Source: Candidatus Woesearchaeota archaeon
Lineage (GTDB): Archaea > Nanobdellota > Nanobdellia > Woesearchaeales > GW2011-AR4
Direction of reading: 5' to 3'
DNA length: 64,000 nucleotides
NCBI GenBank assembly: GCA_016180235.1
Contig: JACPBQ010000004.1
Location: 303,674-367,673 of the forward strand
Shown: positions 36,004 to 44,123 of the stretch, one piece after another
Position numbering within the stretch: the first letter of the stretch is position 1
Layout: the number at the start of each line of letters is the position of its first letter
Notes under the pieces: model-generated
What the model saw: the letters and a program-made list of their open reading frames with translations, nothing else
Told to the model about the DNA's origin: nothing
The model's database searches: none
Position numbers and translations under genes: made by a program

Positions 36004-36742
36004 CTTCCTTTACCTGCTTTTTCCTCGGTTTTTTCGCTTTTGCCTTGCCTTCTTCTTTTGTTTGTTCTGCAGGAACATCATTTGTATTTTTATCCTCTGT
36101 ATCTGCTGCTTTTTCCTCTTCCACTTCTTCAACTTTTTTCTCCTGATCCTTCACAAGCTCCACTTTATCAGGCAGCTTTATGTCGGGAGGCATGATGCTT
36201 ATCTTCACGCCTATCACACCGGTCTTCAGCTTTGCCTGTCCCTGCGACTTATTGACTCCGGTTATTGCAATATCCCCGCATTTTTTCAGGTAGCCCGAGT
36301 AAAATCTCCAGGATTTTGCCCTGCTGCTCGGTATCTTTCCCGACACTATTATCTCAACGCCCAGGGCCCCTGACCTCATCACGTCTTCCATGGACTTATG
36401 GCCTATGGCCTTGAATTTTTCCGCTCCAAACCTCTCCAACGAATCAGTTATTCTTTCAGCGACTATGTTTGCATCCAGATTCAAATTCTCCACTTCGCTT
36501 ATCTCTATCTGCGGATTCTCAAGATTGAATTTTTTCTTCAAATTTGATGTCAGGTCCTTTATGTTCTGCCCTTTTCTTCCGACTATCAGGCCTGGCCTCG
36601 ATGCGTAAATCACGATTTTTTCCCCCAAAGGAGTCTTTACCATCTTCGTATGGCTATGGCCCACGCTTCTGAGGTTCTTGCTTATGTATTCCTCAATCTG
36701 GTACTCCTTCATTTTCTGGGCTATGAACCTTCTTTCAATCAT
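35993..36742 (-). CDS. rps3: Ribosomal protein uS3 (acidic/basic C-terminal tail)
   Basis: KH domain GLIVGRKGQNIKDLT and a conserved C-terminal domain. About 45 extra charged residues follow. Confidence 0.9.
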   Translation of the reverse strand: MIERRFIAQKMKEYQIEEYISKNLRSVGHSHTKMVKTPLGEKIVIYASRPGLIVGRKGQNIKDLTSNLKKKFNLENPQIEISEVENLNLDANIVAERITDSLERFGAEKFKAIGHKSMEDVMRSGALGVEIIVSGKIPSSRAKSWRFYSGYLKKCGDIAITGVNKSQGQAKLKTGVIGVKISIMPPDIKLPDKVELVKDQEKKVEEVEEEKAADTEDKNTNDVPAEQTKEEGKAKAKKPRKKQVKEDES

Positions 36743-37280
36743 TTTTTGGCTTCATCTCCTTTCCTGGATGGCTAACATCAATATTTTTTGCAGTTTCCTG
36801 CTTGCCCTGAATCTCTTTCTTTCCTGGTTCTTTTGTTTTTTTGCCAGCTTTTTCCTTAACGACAATCTCTATGTTGGTCCTCTTGGCTTTCCTGCTTCTT
36901 TTCCTGCCGTAATGCAGGACTGTAGCAGCCTTGTTAGCATTTATGTGGGCTATCACCAGATTCGAGCTGTTCATTCCCTTGAACTGGGCATTTGCCTCGA
37001 CCAGATTTATCAGGTCCAAAATCTCCTTTGATGCCTTCCCGGGATATCTTCCTGCGGCAATCCCCCTTTTATGGCCCATGTTGTCGTTGAATATCCTGAA
37101 AGGAATGGCTTTCTTTTTTTCTATCACCTTATTCAGCACATTTTTTGCATAACTGACCTCCCTGTTCCTTATGAAATTGCATATCTCGATGCTCTGCTTA
37201 AATGAAATCGGCAAAGATTTTCCGACGGCCCTTGCCATGTTATCCTTTGTGTAGCCGCTGTACGAATAGTTTTTTCCCAT
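36735..37280 (-). CDS. rpl22: Ribosomal protein uL22
   Basis: DNMARAVGKSLPISFKQSIEICNFIRN ... KRSRKAKRTNIEIVV. Confidence 0.9.
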   Translation of the reverse strand: MGKNYSYSGYTKDNMARAVGKSLPISFKQSIEICNFIRNREVSYAKNVLNKVIEKKKAIPFRIFNDNMGHKRGIAAGRYPGKASKEILDLINLVEANAQFKGMNSSNLVIAHINANKAATVLHYGRKRSRKAKRTNIEIVVKEKAGKKTKEPGKKEIQGKQETAKNIDVSHPGKEMKPKND

Positions 37281-37282
37281 GC

Positions 37283-37666
37283 TTATTTCACCGACAACGC
37301 TGCACTGGATTTTGTAGCGCCTATTCCCGGAGCGGAGTGCTCAACCCTTCTCCTTGTGCCTGCAAATTCCCCGAGACAGTGCCCGATCATCTCCTCGAGT
37401 ACCACAACTATGACAAATTCCCTGCCGTTATGCACTTTTATTGTCTGCCCGACCATTTCAGGAAGCACTATCATGTCCCTGCAATGGGTCTCTATATTCT
37501 TCTCATTTCTTTTTACCTTCTTCAGGAGCCTTTTCTGCTGCTCTGTAAGTCCGCGCTTTATGCTCCTTCTCCTGCGCGCAGGAAGAAGCTCTGCAATCTC
37601 GTTCAAGCTCAGCTTTCTCAGCTCTTCCATGGTTTTTCCGCGGTAAGTAAATTCCTTTTTTGCCAT
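37283..37666 (-). CDS. rps19: Ribosomal protein uS19
   Basis: [35 protein letters not shown] ... HNGREF. Confidence 0.9.
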   Translation of the reverse strand: MAKKEFTYRGKTMEELRKLSLNEIAELLPARRRRSIKRGLTEQQKRLLKKVKRNEKNIETHCRDMIVLPEMVGQTIKVHNGREFVIVVVLEEMIGHCLGEFAGTRRRVEHSAPGIGATKSSAALSVK

Positions 37667-37678
37667 TTTAACCTTAAA

Positions 37679-38392
37679 TCAGCGCTTTGTCCTTCCAGTC
37701 CTTCTCGGTGCTATCTTTCCGACTTTCCTTCCCGGAGGATCGTTCCTTGCAGCCTGAGTCGGCCTTCCCTTATGGGCCGAGCTCTTTCCCCCGAACGGAT
37801 GATCTACAGCATTCATTGATGTTCCGGATACCTGAGGCCACAATTTGTTCTTTGCCTTCATCGCATAAAACCTTGTGCCTGCTTTCAGGAAAGGCTTTTC
37901 CTTCCTTCCAGAGCCTGTAATAACCCCTATCGTGGCCCTGCAGTCAGGCAAAAACATCCTTGTCTTTGATGATGGAAGCTGAACAACAATCTTGTTTTCC
38001 ATCTTTGCGACTATCTTTGCAAATCCCCCAGTGGTCCTTACGAACTTGCCCCCGTCTCCTGGGTATGATTCTATATTATATATAGCAGCCCCTTCTGGTA
38101 TGTTTTTCAGTGGCATGACATTACCTTTCTTCGCCTCGATATTGTCCCCCATCTCAACTGCATCCCCTACCCTGACTCCTTCAGGAGCCTGCAGCAAAAC
38201 AACCTTGCCGTTGCCATATTCTACCCAGGCAAGCGGAGCGCTATGGCCCTGGCAATGTATAAAATCCTTTATCTTCCCGTTCGATGCTCCCTTATCATTT
38301 GTATACCTGACCTTGCCTTTGTACCTGAAGCTTGGCGCCCTGTACCTTGGGCCGCCTTTTCCTCTCGCCTGCTGAATCAGATTCTTACCCAT
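37679..38392 (-). CDS. rpl2: Ribosomal protein uL2
   Basis: The start is taken at MGKNLIQQARGKGGPRYRAPS (ORF track extends to 38428). The C-terminus has HPFGGKSSAHKGRP. Confidence 0.9.
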   Translation of the reverse strand: MGKNLIQQARGKGGPRYRAPSFRYKGKVRYTNDKGASNGKIKDFIHCQGHSAPLAWVEYGNGKVVLLQAPEGVRVGDAVEMGDNIEAKKGNVMPLKNIPEGAAIYNIESYPGDGGKFVRTTGGFAKIVAKMENKIVVQLPSSKTRMFLPDCRATIGVITGSGRKEKPFLKAGTRFYAMKAKNKLWPQVSGTSMNAVDHPFGGKSSAHKGRPTQAARNDPPGRKVGKIAPRRTGRTKR

Positions 38393-38538
38393 GAGCTTTT
38401 TAACAAAAACACTTGGAAATGTGAACATTTCCTGTGTCCTGAAAATCTATGATTTTCTAGGACCTCGGAAAAACATGTGCGACATTCGCTCACTTCGTTC
38501 GCTCAGTCCCACGAATTTCCTGTTTTTGTTTTACCTCC
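38393..38538. repeat. Unusually long rpl23-rpl2 spacer carrying a hairpin element related to the 24.2-24.4 kb array
   Basis: A 146-nt gap sits in an operon whose other junctions are about -11 to +12 nt. It contains hairpin 38438-38461 (cctgaaaatc tat gattttctagg). The blocks tcctgaaaatct, cggaaaaac and gacattcgctc..cttcg are collinear with 24284-24378. Confidence 0.5.
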
Positions 38539-38796
38539 TTACATCAAACCTAATTGAGTTGCTATGTCGATAGCTGGATTTTTTTCTGAAAACCTGACAT
38601 AAGCCCTTTTTTCACCCTTTCTCACGAATGTTTTTACATTATCCACGCCGACCTTGAACATTTCCTCAACCGCTTTCTTTATCATGTCCTTGTCAGCGTC
38701 TATCTCTACCACAAATACGAGCTTGTTCTGGCTTTCCATCAGCCTTATCGACTTTTCCGTCGATAAAGGGTATTTGATAATCTTATGCGGATCCAT
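38539..38796 (-). CDS. rpl23: Ribosomal protein uL23
   Basis: MDPHKIIKYPLSTEKSIRLME N-terminus. 85 aa. Confidence 0.9.
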   Translation of the reverse strand: MDPHKIIKYPLSTEKSIRLMESQNKLVFVVEIDADKDMIKKAVEEMFKVGVDNVKTFVRKGEKRAYVRFSEKNPAIDIATQLGLM

Positions 38797-38797
38797 T

Positions 38798-39613
38798 TTA
38801 CCTAAACAGCCTTTCTTTCTCCAAAACTTCTATTGCCGGCCTTGTCCATAAAGTCAGCCTTCCAGGCATTGCGCCGGGAGCAAGAAGCTCTGCATTAAGC
38901 TCTTTTACATTCACAATTTCCACTCCAGGGATATTTGCGGCAGCCTTCAAAATTTTGCTGTCACCTGCAACAACAATCAAAGGGCCTTTTTTCGTGACAT
39001 ACTTCCTTCCCCTCGATTTCCCTTTTCCTGCCCTGATTGACTTTACGCTGGCTCTTGCAAGCTCTTTTTCAAGACCGAGCTTTTTCAGCGCTTCCGCCAC
39101 ATCTTTTGTTTTTTCCAGTCCTTCAAATTTCTTGTCGAGCACGAAAGGATAGGCTTCTGGCACGATGTGACCCCTTTCCCTCACGATACCGGACATTACT
39201 GTAGCGGATATCGCGCTCCTTATCGCTTTCCTCTTCTCTTTCTTGTTGATTTTTTTCTCTAAAACCTTTTCCGACTTTGGAGGGTGGGCTCTTCTTCCAC
39301 CTACTGTATTCGGGGCGAATGCTCCTACCCAGAACAGCCTCCTGCCCCTCCTGGACAAGATTTTCCTCGGGGTCCTTGAGATTCCAAAACCATAGCTCCC
39401 CCTATAGCGCCTTCTTCTTTTTGAAAGCGTCGATGAATATCTTTTTCCGGCCTCAGGATGTGATCCGTATTTTTGCCTGCGGGCGCTCTGCAGCGCAAGC
39501 ACAGCCCTTTTTATCAAATCCGGCCTTATGTCCTCTCTGAACTGGCTCGGAAGGCTTATCTCCCCTGCCATGTCATTTGATATCCCGAATATCTGCAGTT
39601 TCATCTTAAGCAT
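38798..39613 (-). CDS. rpl4: Ribosomal protein uL4
   Basis: GEISLPSQFREDIRPDLIKRAVLALQSARRQKYG. An alternative ATG at 39604 would avoid overlap with rpl3. Confidence 0.9.
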   Translation of the reverse strand: MLKMKLQIFGISNDMAGEISLPSQFREDIRPDLIKRAVLALQSARRQKYGSHPEAGKRYSSTLSKRRRRYRGSYGFGISRTPRKILSRRGRRLFWVGAFAPNTVGGRRAHPPKSEKVLEKKINKKEKRKAIRSAISATVMSGIVRERGHIVPEAYPFVLDKKFEGLEKTKDVAEALKKLGLEKELARASVKSIRAGKGKSRGRKYVTKKGPLIVVAGDSKILKAAANIPGVEIVNVKELNAELLAPGAMPGRLTLWTRPAIEVLEKERLFR

Positions 39614-40574
39614 TCACATCCAAATTCGTGCTCTGAATCACCGGGGCTGCAGGCGGAATTTTGCCGCTTGGCCTTATCGGCTCATTGAACCTTATCAGCC
39701 TTTTTTCCGGGCCGGCTACAGAGCCTTTTACCAATATGTACTGATTTTTTACAACGCCGTAGCTTTCAAATCCGCCTCTTCTGCTTATATCGCCGGCCTT
39801 GCCTATCTTCAAAAGCCATTTGTTGTATTCTGTCCTTGTATGATAACCCATCTTTCCTGCTTTTGCAACCCTCCACATGACATGGCCCTGCGCTATCCAG
39901 CCTCCCAAGGTTCCAACCCTTCTAACGCCTTTCTCCGACTTGTGGTTCTTCAGGTTGACGCCAAACCTTCTTACCGGCCCCTGAACGCCTTTCGCTTTTG
40001 TTATAACGTGCATGTCGAGCTGCTGGCCTTCCCTGAAAACCTCTTCTATGATCAGCTCCTTGCCGAGCTTTTCCTGCGCATACTTCATCTGCTCTTCCTT
40101 GTTTCCCCCAATACCAATCTCAAATATTTCCGGCTTTTTCTTCCCGATCCCAGTAAGCTTCGGCTGGGTGTAGACAAGCAGCCTCACGAAATCAAATTCT
40201 TTGCTTTCTTTTGGGTCTTTTTTCTTTGCCAATATTATCTTTCTTCCAAGCTCCTTGTCAGGGTTGTCTGCAAGCGTTTCAGAAACAAGCTTTAAGCCGT
40301 TAATCGTGTTTTTGTAAAATCTTATAGAAGCAGTTTTTAATGGCGGGCATTCGATGATTGTGACCGGGCAGAAAATGTCCATGCCCTTTGTCGTCGAATT
40401 CTTGCTGTTGTCGTTGATTATCAGATGGGTCATGCCGACCTTATAGCCCGCAAATCCCAGAGGCTTGGCATCCTTTGACAATGCCCAGAACCTCACTCTA
40501 GCAAAAGCTGTTTTTGACCTTTTCCTGGGCCAAAACTGCAAGCTTCCTCTTCTCGGCGTTCTTGTTGTCGGCAT
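39606..40574 (-). CDS. rpl3: Ribosomal protein uL3
   Basis: PRRGSLQFWPRKRSK ... FAGYKVGMTH. This is the first gene of the cluster. Confidence 0.9.
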   Translation of the reverse strand: MPTTRTPRRGSLQFWPRKRSKTAFARVRFWALSKDAKPLGFAGYKVGMTHLIINDNSKNSTTKGMDIFCPVTIIECPPLKTASIRFYKNTINGLKLVSETLADNPDKELGRKIILAKKKDPKESKEFDFVRLLVYTQPKLTGIGKKKPEIFEIGIGGNKEEQMKYAQEKLGKELIIEEVFREGQQLDMHVITKAKGVQGPVRRFGVNLKNHKSEKGVRRVGTLGGWIAQGHVMWRVAKAGKMGYHTRTEYNKWLLKIGKAGDISRRGGFESYGVVKNQYILVKGSVAGPEKRLIRFNEPIRPSGKIPPAAPVIQSTNLDVNA

Positions 40575-40650
40575 TTTTTAACTCTTTATTTACTTATCCA
40601 GCGTAGATAAGTGTGAATAAGCAACTGCTTATGCAAAAAGCCTTTTATTG

Positions 40651-40709
40651 ACGTCCTTTAGTAGAAAACAGTCTCTCTCGGAACTGTACTGAAAAGGACA
40701 TCTTTTCAG
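40651..40709 (-). promoter_or_regulatory. Structured 5' leader of the ribosomal protein operon with mutually exclusive hairpins
   Basis: Stem 40653-40659/40693-40699 (gtccttt/aaaggac) encloses stem 40668-40672/40683-40687. It competes with the perfect 8-bp hairpin 40689-40696/40702-40709 (ctgaaaag/cttttcag). Confidence 0.4.
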
Positions 40710-40741
40710 GCTTGTTCTACCCTTCTGGGAATAATAGGCTA

Positions 40742-40749
40742 TTTATAAA
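40742..40749 (-). promoter_or_regulatory. TATA-box-like element for the ribosomal protein operon
   Basis: tttataaa lies just after the primase stop and about 170 nt upstream of the rpl3 ATG. No other TATA-like box lies closer. Confidence 0.4.
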
Positions 40750-40774
40750 GGTTGCTATATGCCAATAAGAGATA

Positions 40775-42136
40775 TTATCCTGTTTTTTTCACTTTCTCCT
40801 GAGGCTTTTCCTTTTTGCCTTCCGGCTCCTTGTTGTAGAAAAAGGCCTTCCTTTGGGCATAGCTCACGGGATTTTTTATCTTTGCGCACAAATTGTCTGG
40901 TTTGCAGACTCCGATGTCAACATAATAATCGAGCTTGTTGCAGTTCGGGGGCAAAATCTTCTTTTTTTGGGATTTGTGGTACCTCAGCTGGCCCACAAGG
41001 TAATTTTCCCTCAACGGCTCAGGATTTTTGCTGTTCCATTCCTTAAGATAAGCCTCAACTTTGTCATAATCCCACCCGACGCTAGTCAGGAAATTTATAA
41101 TTATGAATAAAGCCCTTTTTCTTCCGTCACTGATTCCAATGCTTATGAGTTTAATGCACGGCGGGAAAAAATTTTCCGGCAGGGCAGATTTTATCCCATA
41201 ATCCTTCTTTCCCTCTACTTTTATCTCATCCTCCCTTGAAGAAGTAAAGTCCATGGCCTGGGTCAGCAATTTTGATGCCTCGTTTTTTGCGATATTTCTC
41301 CTGTCAAGAAACCTGAATTTTGAGACTTTTATCTTATTGGGATTTGCATAGTCTTTTTCAAATTCAAGGACATTTTCAGGATCCAATGGCAATGACACCA
41401 AACCGGATTTCTCATGCAATGAGTAAGGCATCCTGAACAAGTGCCGTGAGGAAATAAGTATTGTATCTATGTTGAGGAAAGGCTCCGCATTCACCTGCGC
41501 AACCCTGTCCCCAAGCTCGTTCTTTTCATAATAGACTATCTTGTTCGGATTCTCGCTTGTTTTTTTTATGATCTTGGAAAAATCGTCATTCTCGAATTCC
41601 ATTATTTTCTTTCCCAACGGCTTCTTTATCATCTCTTTTATGTAGAAGGCTATCCTGCGGGGAGCATCAGGGAACATGGAGCTTGTTTTCTGGCCTTTTA
41701 TGGCGTCGGGAAAAGCCTCAAATGGCACTCCAATATGGAATCCCTTGTTTCCGGAAAACTTGCACGATACTGACTTTATGTCGTAGAACTTCAATGCCTT
41801 TATCACCAAGTCAGCTGCAATCCTTGAATATTCAAAGAAGCTGCAGTCAATATCCAGCACCAGATCCCAGCCTATCCTCAAGGAATCCAGCTCATGCTTC
41901 CTAATGCCGGGATTCAGCTGCAATGGGTTTTTCCAAAGCTCTTCCGACGAATGGAATGAGGTCGCTTTCTGCTTTGCAAGCTCCAGTATATCGGCAGGAT
42001 TGTTAAGCGTGTCAGGCCTTGATCCGAACTTGTCATCAAACTTAACAGCTATCTCCCTGCCCTTTGCAGCCTCTATCATCTCTTCCTGAATGTCTCTCCT
42101 CTTGTAATGGCTGAGCGTTACGTTTAATGAAATCAT
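40775..42136 (-). CDS. priS: DNA primase, fused small subunit (PriS) and large-subunit C-terminal Fe-S domain (PriL-CTD)
   Basis: AEP motifs WDLVLDIDC, FSGNKGFHIGVP and RMPYSLHEKSGL. The C-terminal ~125 aa carry FPPCIKLI...GRKRALFIIINFL, then PPNC, VC, LC and KNPVSY, like the 4-Cys PriL-CTD. Confidence 0.8.
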   Translation of the reverse strand: MISLNVTLSHYKRRDIQEEMIEAAKGREIAVKFDDKFGSRPDTLNNPADILELAKQKATSFHSSEELWKNPLQLNPGIRKHELDSLRIGWDLVLDIDCSFFEYSRIAADLVIKALKFYDIKSVSCKFSGNKGFHIGVPFEAFPDAIKGQKTSSMFPDAPRRIAFYIKEMIKKPLGKKIMEFENDDFSKIIKKTSENPNKIVYYEKNELGDRVAQVNAEPFLNIDTILISSRHLFRMPYSLHEKSGLVSLPLDPENVLEFEKDYANPNKIKVSKFRFLDRRNIAKNEASKLLTQAMDFTSSREDEIKVEGKKDYGIKSALPENFFPPCIKLISIGISDGRKRALFIIINFLTSVGWDYDKVEAYLKEWNSKNPEPLRENYLVGQLRYHKSQKKKILPPNCNKLDYYVDIGVCKPDNLCAKIKNPVSYAQRKAFFYNKEPEGKKEKPQEKVKKTG

Positions 42137-42197
42137 ATTTTTGGGATGGTTTTGAAGTATTTAATGATTATCCCTGGCTATTTGAGCGGAGCAAATA

Positions 42198-42205
42198 TTT
42201 ATATA
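42198..42205 (+). promoter_or_regulatory. TATA-box-like element upstream of biotin carboxylase gene
   Basis: tttatata lies 23 nt upstream of the ATG at 42228. Confidence 0.45.
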
Positions 42206-42227
42206 CGGTGAAACAATACTTTTGGCC

Positions 42228-44123
42228 ATGGCAAAGAACGGAAAAAGTAAAGAGAACATAATGAACAAGATAGTCTCTAACCTGAACAAAGGGCTTATCC
42301 CGCTCGAATACTCTTATGACAAGCTAAAAAAACTTGGACAACATATCAAAAAAACAGCCCCCCTGGTTTATGGCGAAGTGGAAAATTTGATCAAAAGCAA
42401 TATTGTCACTATAGAAAAGAAAGGCAAATTATTCAAAAAAAGCAATCTTGCGAAGTTCGGAGAGACGATAACTTCCAGTCTTATCAGGAAAATCCAAAAT
42501 GTTGATGAGAAAGAGCTGATGAGGATAGTCAAGGACAAGAAGTCGCAGACATTCATTGATATCCTGGCAAAAGGACTAAGCACCGGGCAAAAAGAATACG
42601 CAATACTTCCAAAAGAGAAGAAATTCAGCAGGGTCCTGATAGCAAACAGGGGCGAAATAGCATTAAGGATAATAAGGGCATGCAGGGAGCTCGGCATAGA
42701 GACCGCCCTTATTTATTCTAACACAGACAAAAACACACTGCCTGTGAAATTCGCAGACAAGGCTTACTGCATAGGGCCAGCTATCAGCTACCTTGACCTC
42801 AAAAAAATCATAGGAATCGCAAAAAAGACGCAGTCAGATGCAATACACCCTGGCTACGGTTTTCTCTCGGAAAATGCGAAATTTGCCAGAATGTGCGAGG
42901 AAAACAAAATCAAGTTCATAGGTCCCAGCTCAAAGTCAATCGAGCTTCTTGGCGACAAAGTGATGGCAAAGAAGACAGCTATAAAGGCAAAAGTCCCGGT
43001 CATAGAAGGGGCAGTAACAGCATTGAAAAACAGGAAACATGCATTGAAGACAGCAAAGAAGATAGGCTATCCTGTTATCATAAAGGCAGCGTCAGGCGGC
43101 GGCGGGAAAGGGATGAGGATAGTCAGGAGCAAAGAGGAGCTTGACAAGTCATACGAGAGCGCTAAAGCAGAATCCTACCTTTCATTCAAGGACAGGACGC
43201 TTTACATGGAAAAATACCTGGAAAGCCCGAGGCACATAGAATTCCAGATATTGGGAGACCAGTACGGAAACATAATCCACATGGGCGAAAGAGACTGCAG
43301 CATACAGAGAAAGCACCAGAAGCTCGTCGAGGAAGCGCCAAGCCCGTTCATCAATGATGAGCTCAGGGAAAGGATGGGAGATGCTGCCGTAAGGATAGCA
43401 AAAGAGGCAAAGTACGAGGGCGCAGGAACAGTGGAGTTTTTGCTTGACAAGAACAGGAATTTCTATTTTATCGAGTCAAACACAAGAATACAGGTAGAGC
43501 ACGGGGTCACAGAGATGATAACCGGGGTAGACCTTGTTAAAGAGCAGATAAAAATTGCGTCAGGGGGAAAGCTCGCGCTTGAGCAGGACAGCATAAAGCT
43601 GGAAGGGCATGCCATAGAATGCAGGATAAATGCAGAGGATCCTCTGAGCGAGTTTATGCCTTCCACAGGAACTGTAGTAAATTACCTTTCTCCAGGAGGC
43701 CCGGGCATAAGGATAAGCAGCATATGCCATCCAGGATATAAAGTGTCATCAGATTACGATTCCTTATTGTCATTGCTGATATGCCACGGGAGCACAAGGC
43801 ACGAGGCCCTGTCGAGGATGAGGAGGGCCTTGCATGAGTATGCCATAGAAGGCGTAAAAACAACTATACCTTTCCATATGGCTGTTTTGCACAACAAGAA
43901 TTTCATCAAGGGAAATGTGACTACATCTTTTATAGACAGAAACAACATAATCCAGAGCATCAAGGACTATTATTTTGGCAAGGAAAAAGAGCTGGCAAAA
44001 GAGCAGAAAGTGATTTTAGTCACTACAGCAATAGCAAGGTATATGGAAAAGAAGCAGGGCAACAACAAGCCCAACCCATGGGTTGCAGCAGGAAGGCAGG
44101 AGCTCATGGAAAATGAGCAATGA
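42228..44123 (+). CDS. accC: Biotin carboxylase (ATP-grasp) with ~130-aa N-terminal extension
   Basis: The canonical start of the family (RVLIANRGEIALRIIRACRELGIE) begins about residue 135. GGGGKGMRIV and NTRIQVEHGVTE are also present. The ATG at 42228 is preferred over the TTG at 42222. Confidence 0.85.
   Translation: MAKNGKSKENIMNKIVSNLNKGLIPLEYSYDKLKKLGQHIKKTAPLVYGEVENLIKSNIVTIEKKGKLFKKSNLAKFGETITSSLIRKIQNVDEKELMRIVKDKKSQTFIDILAKGLSTGQKEYAILPKEKKFSRVLIANRGEIALRIIRACRELGIETALIYSNTDKNTLPVKFADKAYCIGPAISYLDLKKIIGIAKKTQSDAIHPGYGFLSENAKFARMCEENKIKFIGPSSKSIELLGDKVMAKKTAIKAKVPVIEGAVTALKNRKHALKTAKKIGYPVIIKAASGGGGKGMRIVRSKEELDKSYESAKAESYLSFKDRTLYMEKYLESPRHIEFQILGDQYGNIIHMGERDCSIQRKHQKLVEEAPSPFINDELRERMGDAAVRIAKEAKYEGAGTVEFLLDKNRNFYFIESNTRIQVEHGVTEMITGVDLVKEQIKIASGGKLALEQDSIKLEGHAIECRINAEDPLSEFMPSTGTVVNYLSPGGPGIRISSICHPGYKVSSDYDSLLSLLICHGSTRHEALSRMRRALHEYAIEGVKTTIPFHMAVLHNKNFIKGNVTTSFIDRNNIIQSIKDYYFGKEKELAKEQKVILVTTAIARYMEKKQGNNKPNPWVAAGRQELMENEQ

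Noticed and set aside
35519-36373. 284-aa + strand ORF (and 35683-36195, 170 aa) across the rpl29/rps3 region
   Set aside because: It is antisense to well-supported ribosomal protein genes. The translation is F/L/S/C-rich low-complexity sequence, typical of the reverse frame of K/E-rich coding DNA, and no motif is present.
39528-40295. 255-aa + strand ORF over rpl3/rpl4
   Set aside because: It is antisense to uL3 and uL4, and its composition is an artefact of the opposite strand.
40575-40774. Possible tRNA or other small RNA gene in the 200-nt gap between the primase gene and rpl3 (checked also in the gaps at 23625-23825, 45235-45370 and 50554-50777)
   Set aside because: No cloverleaf, no T-loop GTTCRANYC-like box or acceptor pairing was found on either strand. 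The pairing potential is better explained as an mRNA leader.
42222-42227. TTG start given by the ORF track for the biotin carboxylase gene
   Set aside because: An ATG two codons downstream (42228) sits at the canonical 23-nt distance from the tttatata box. The difference is only two residues.
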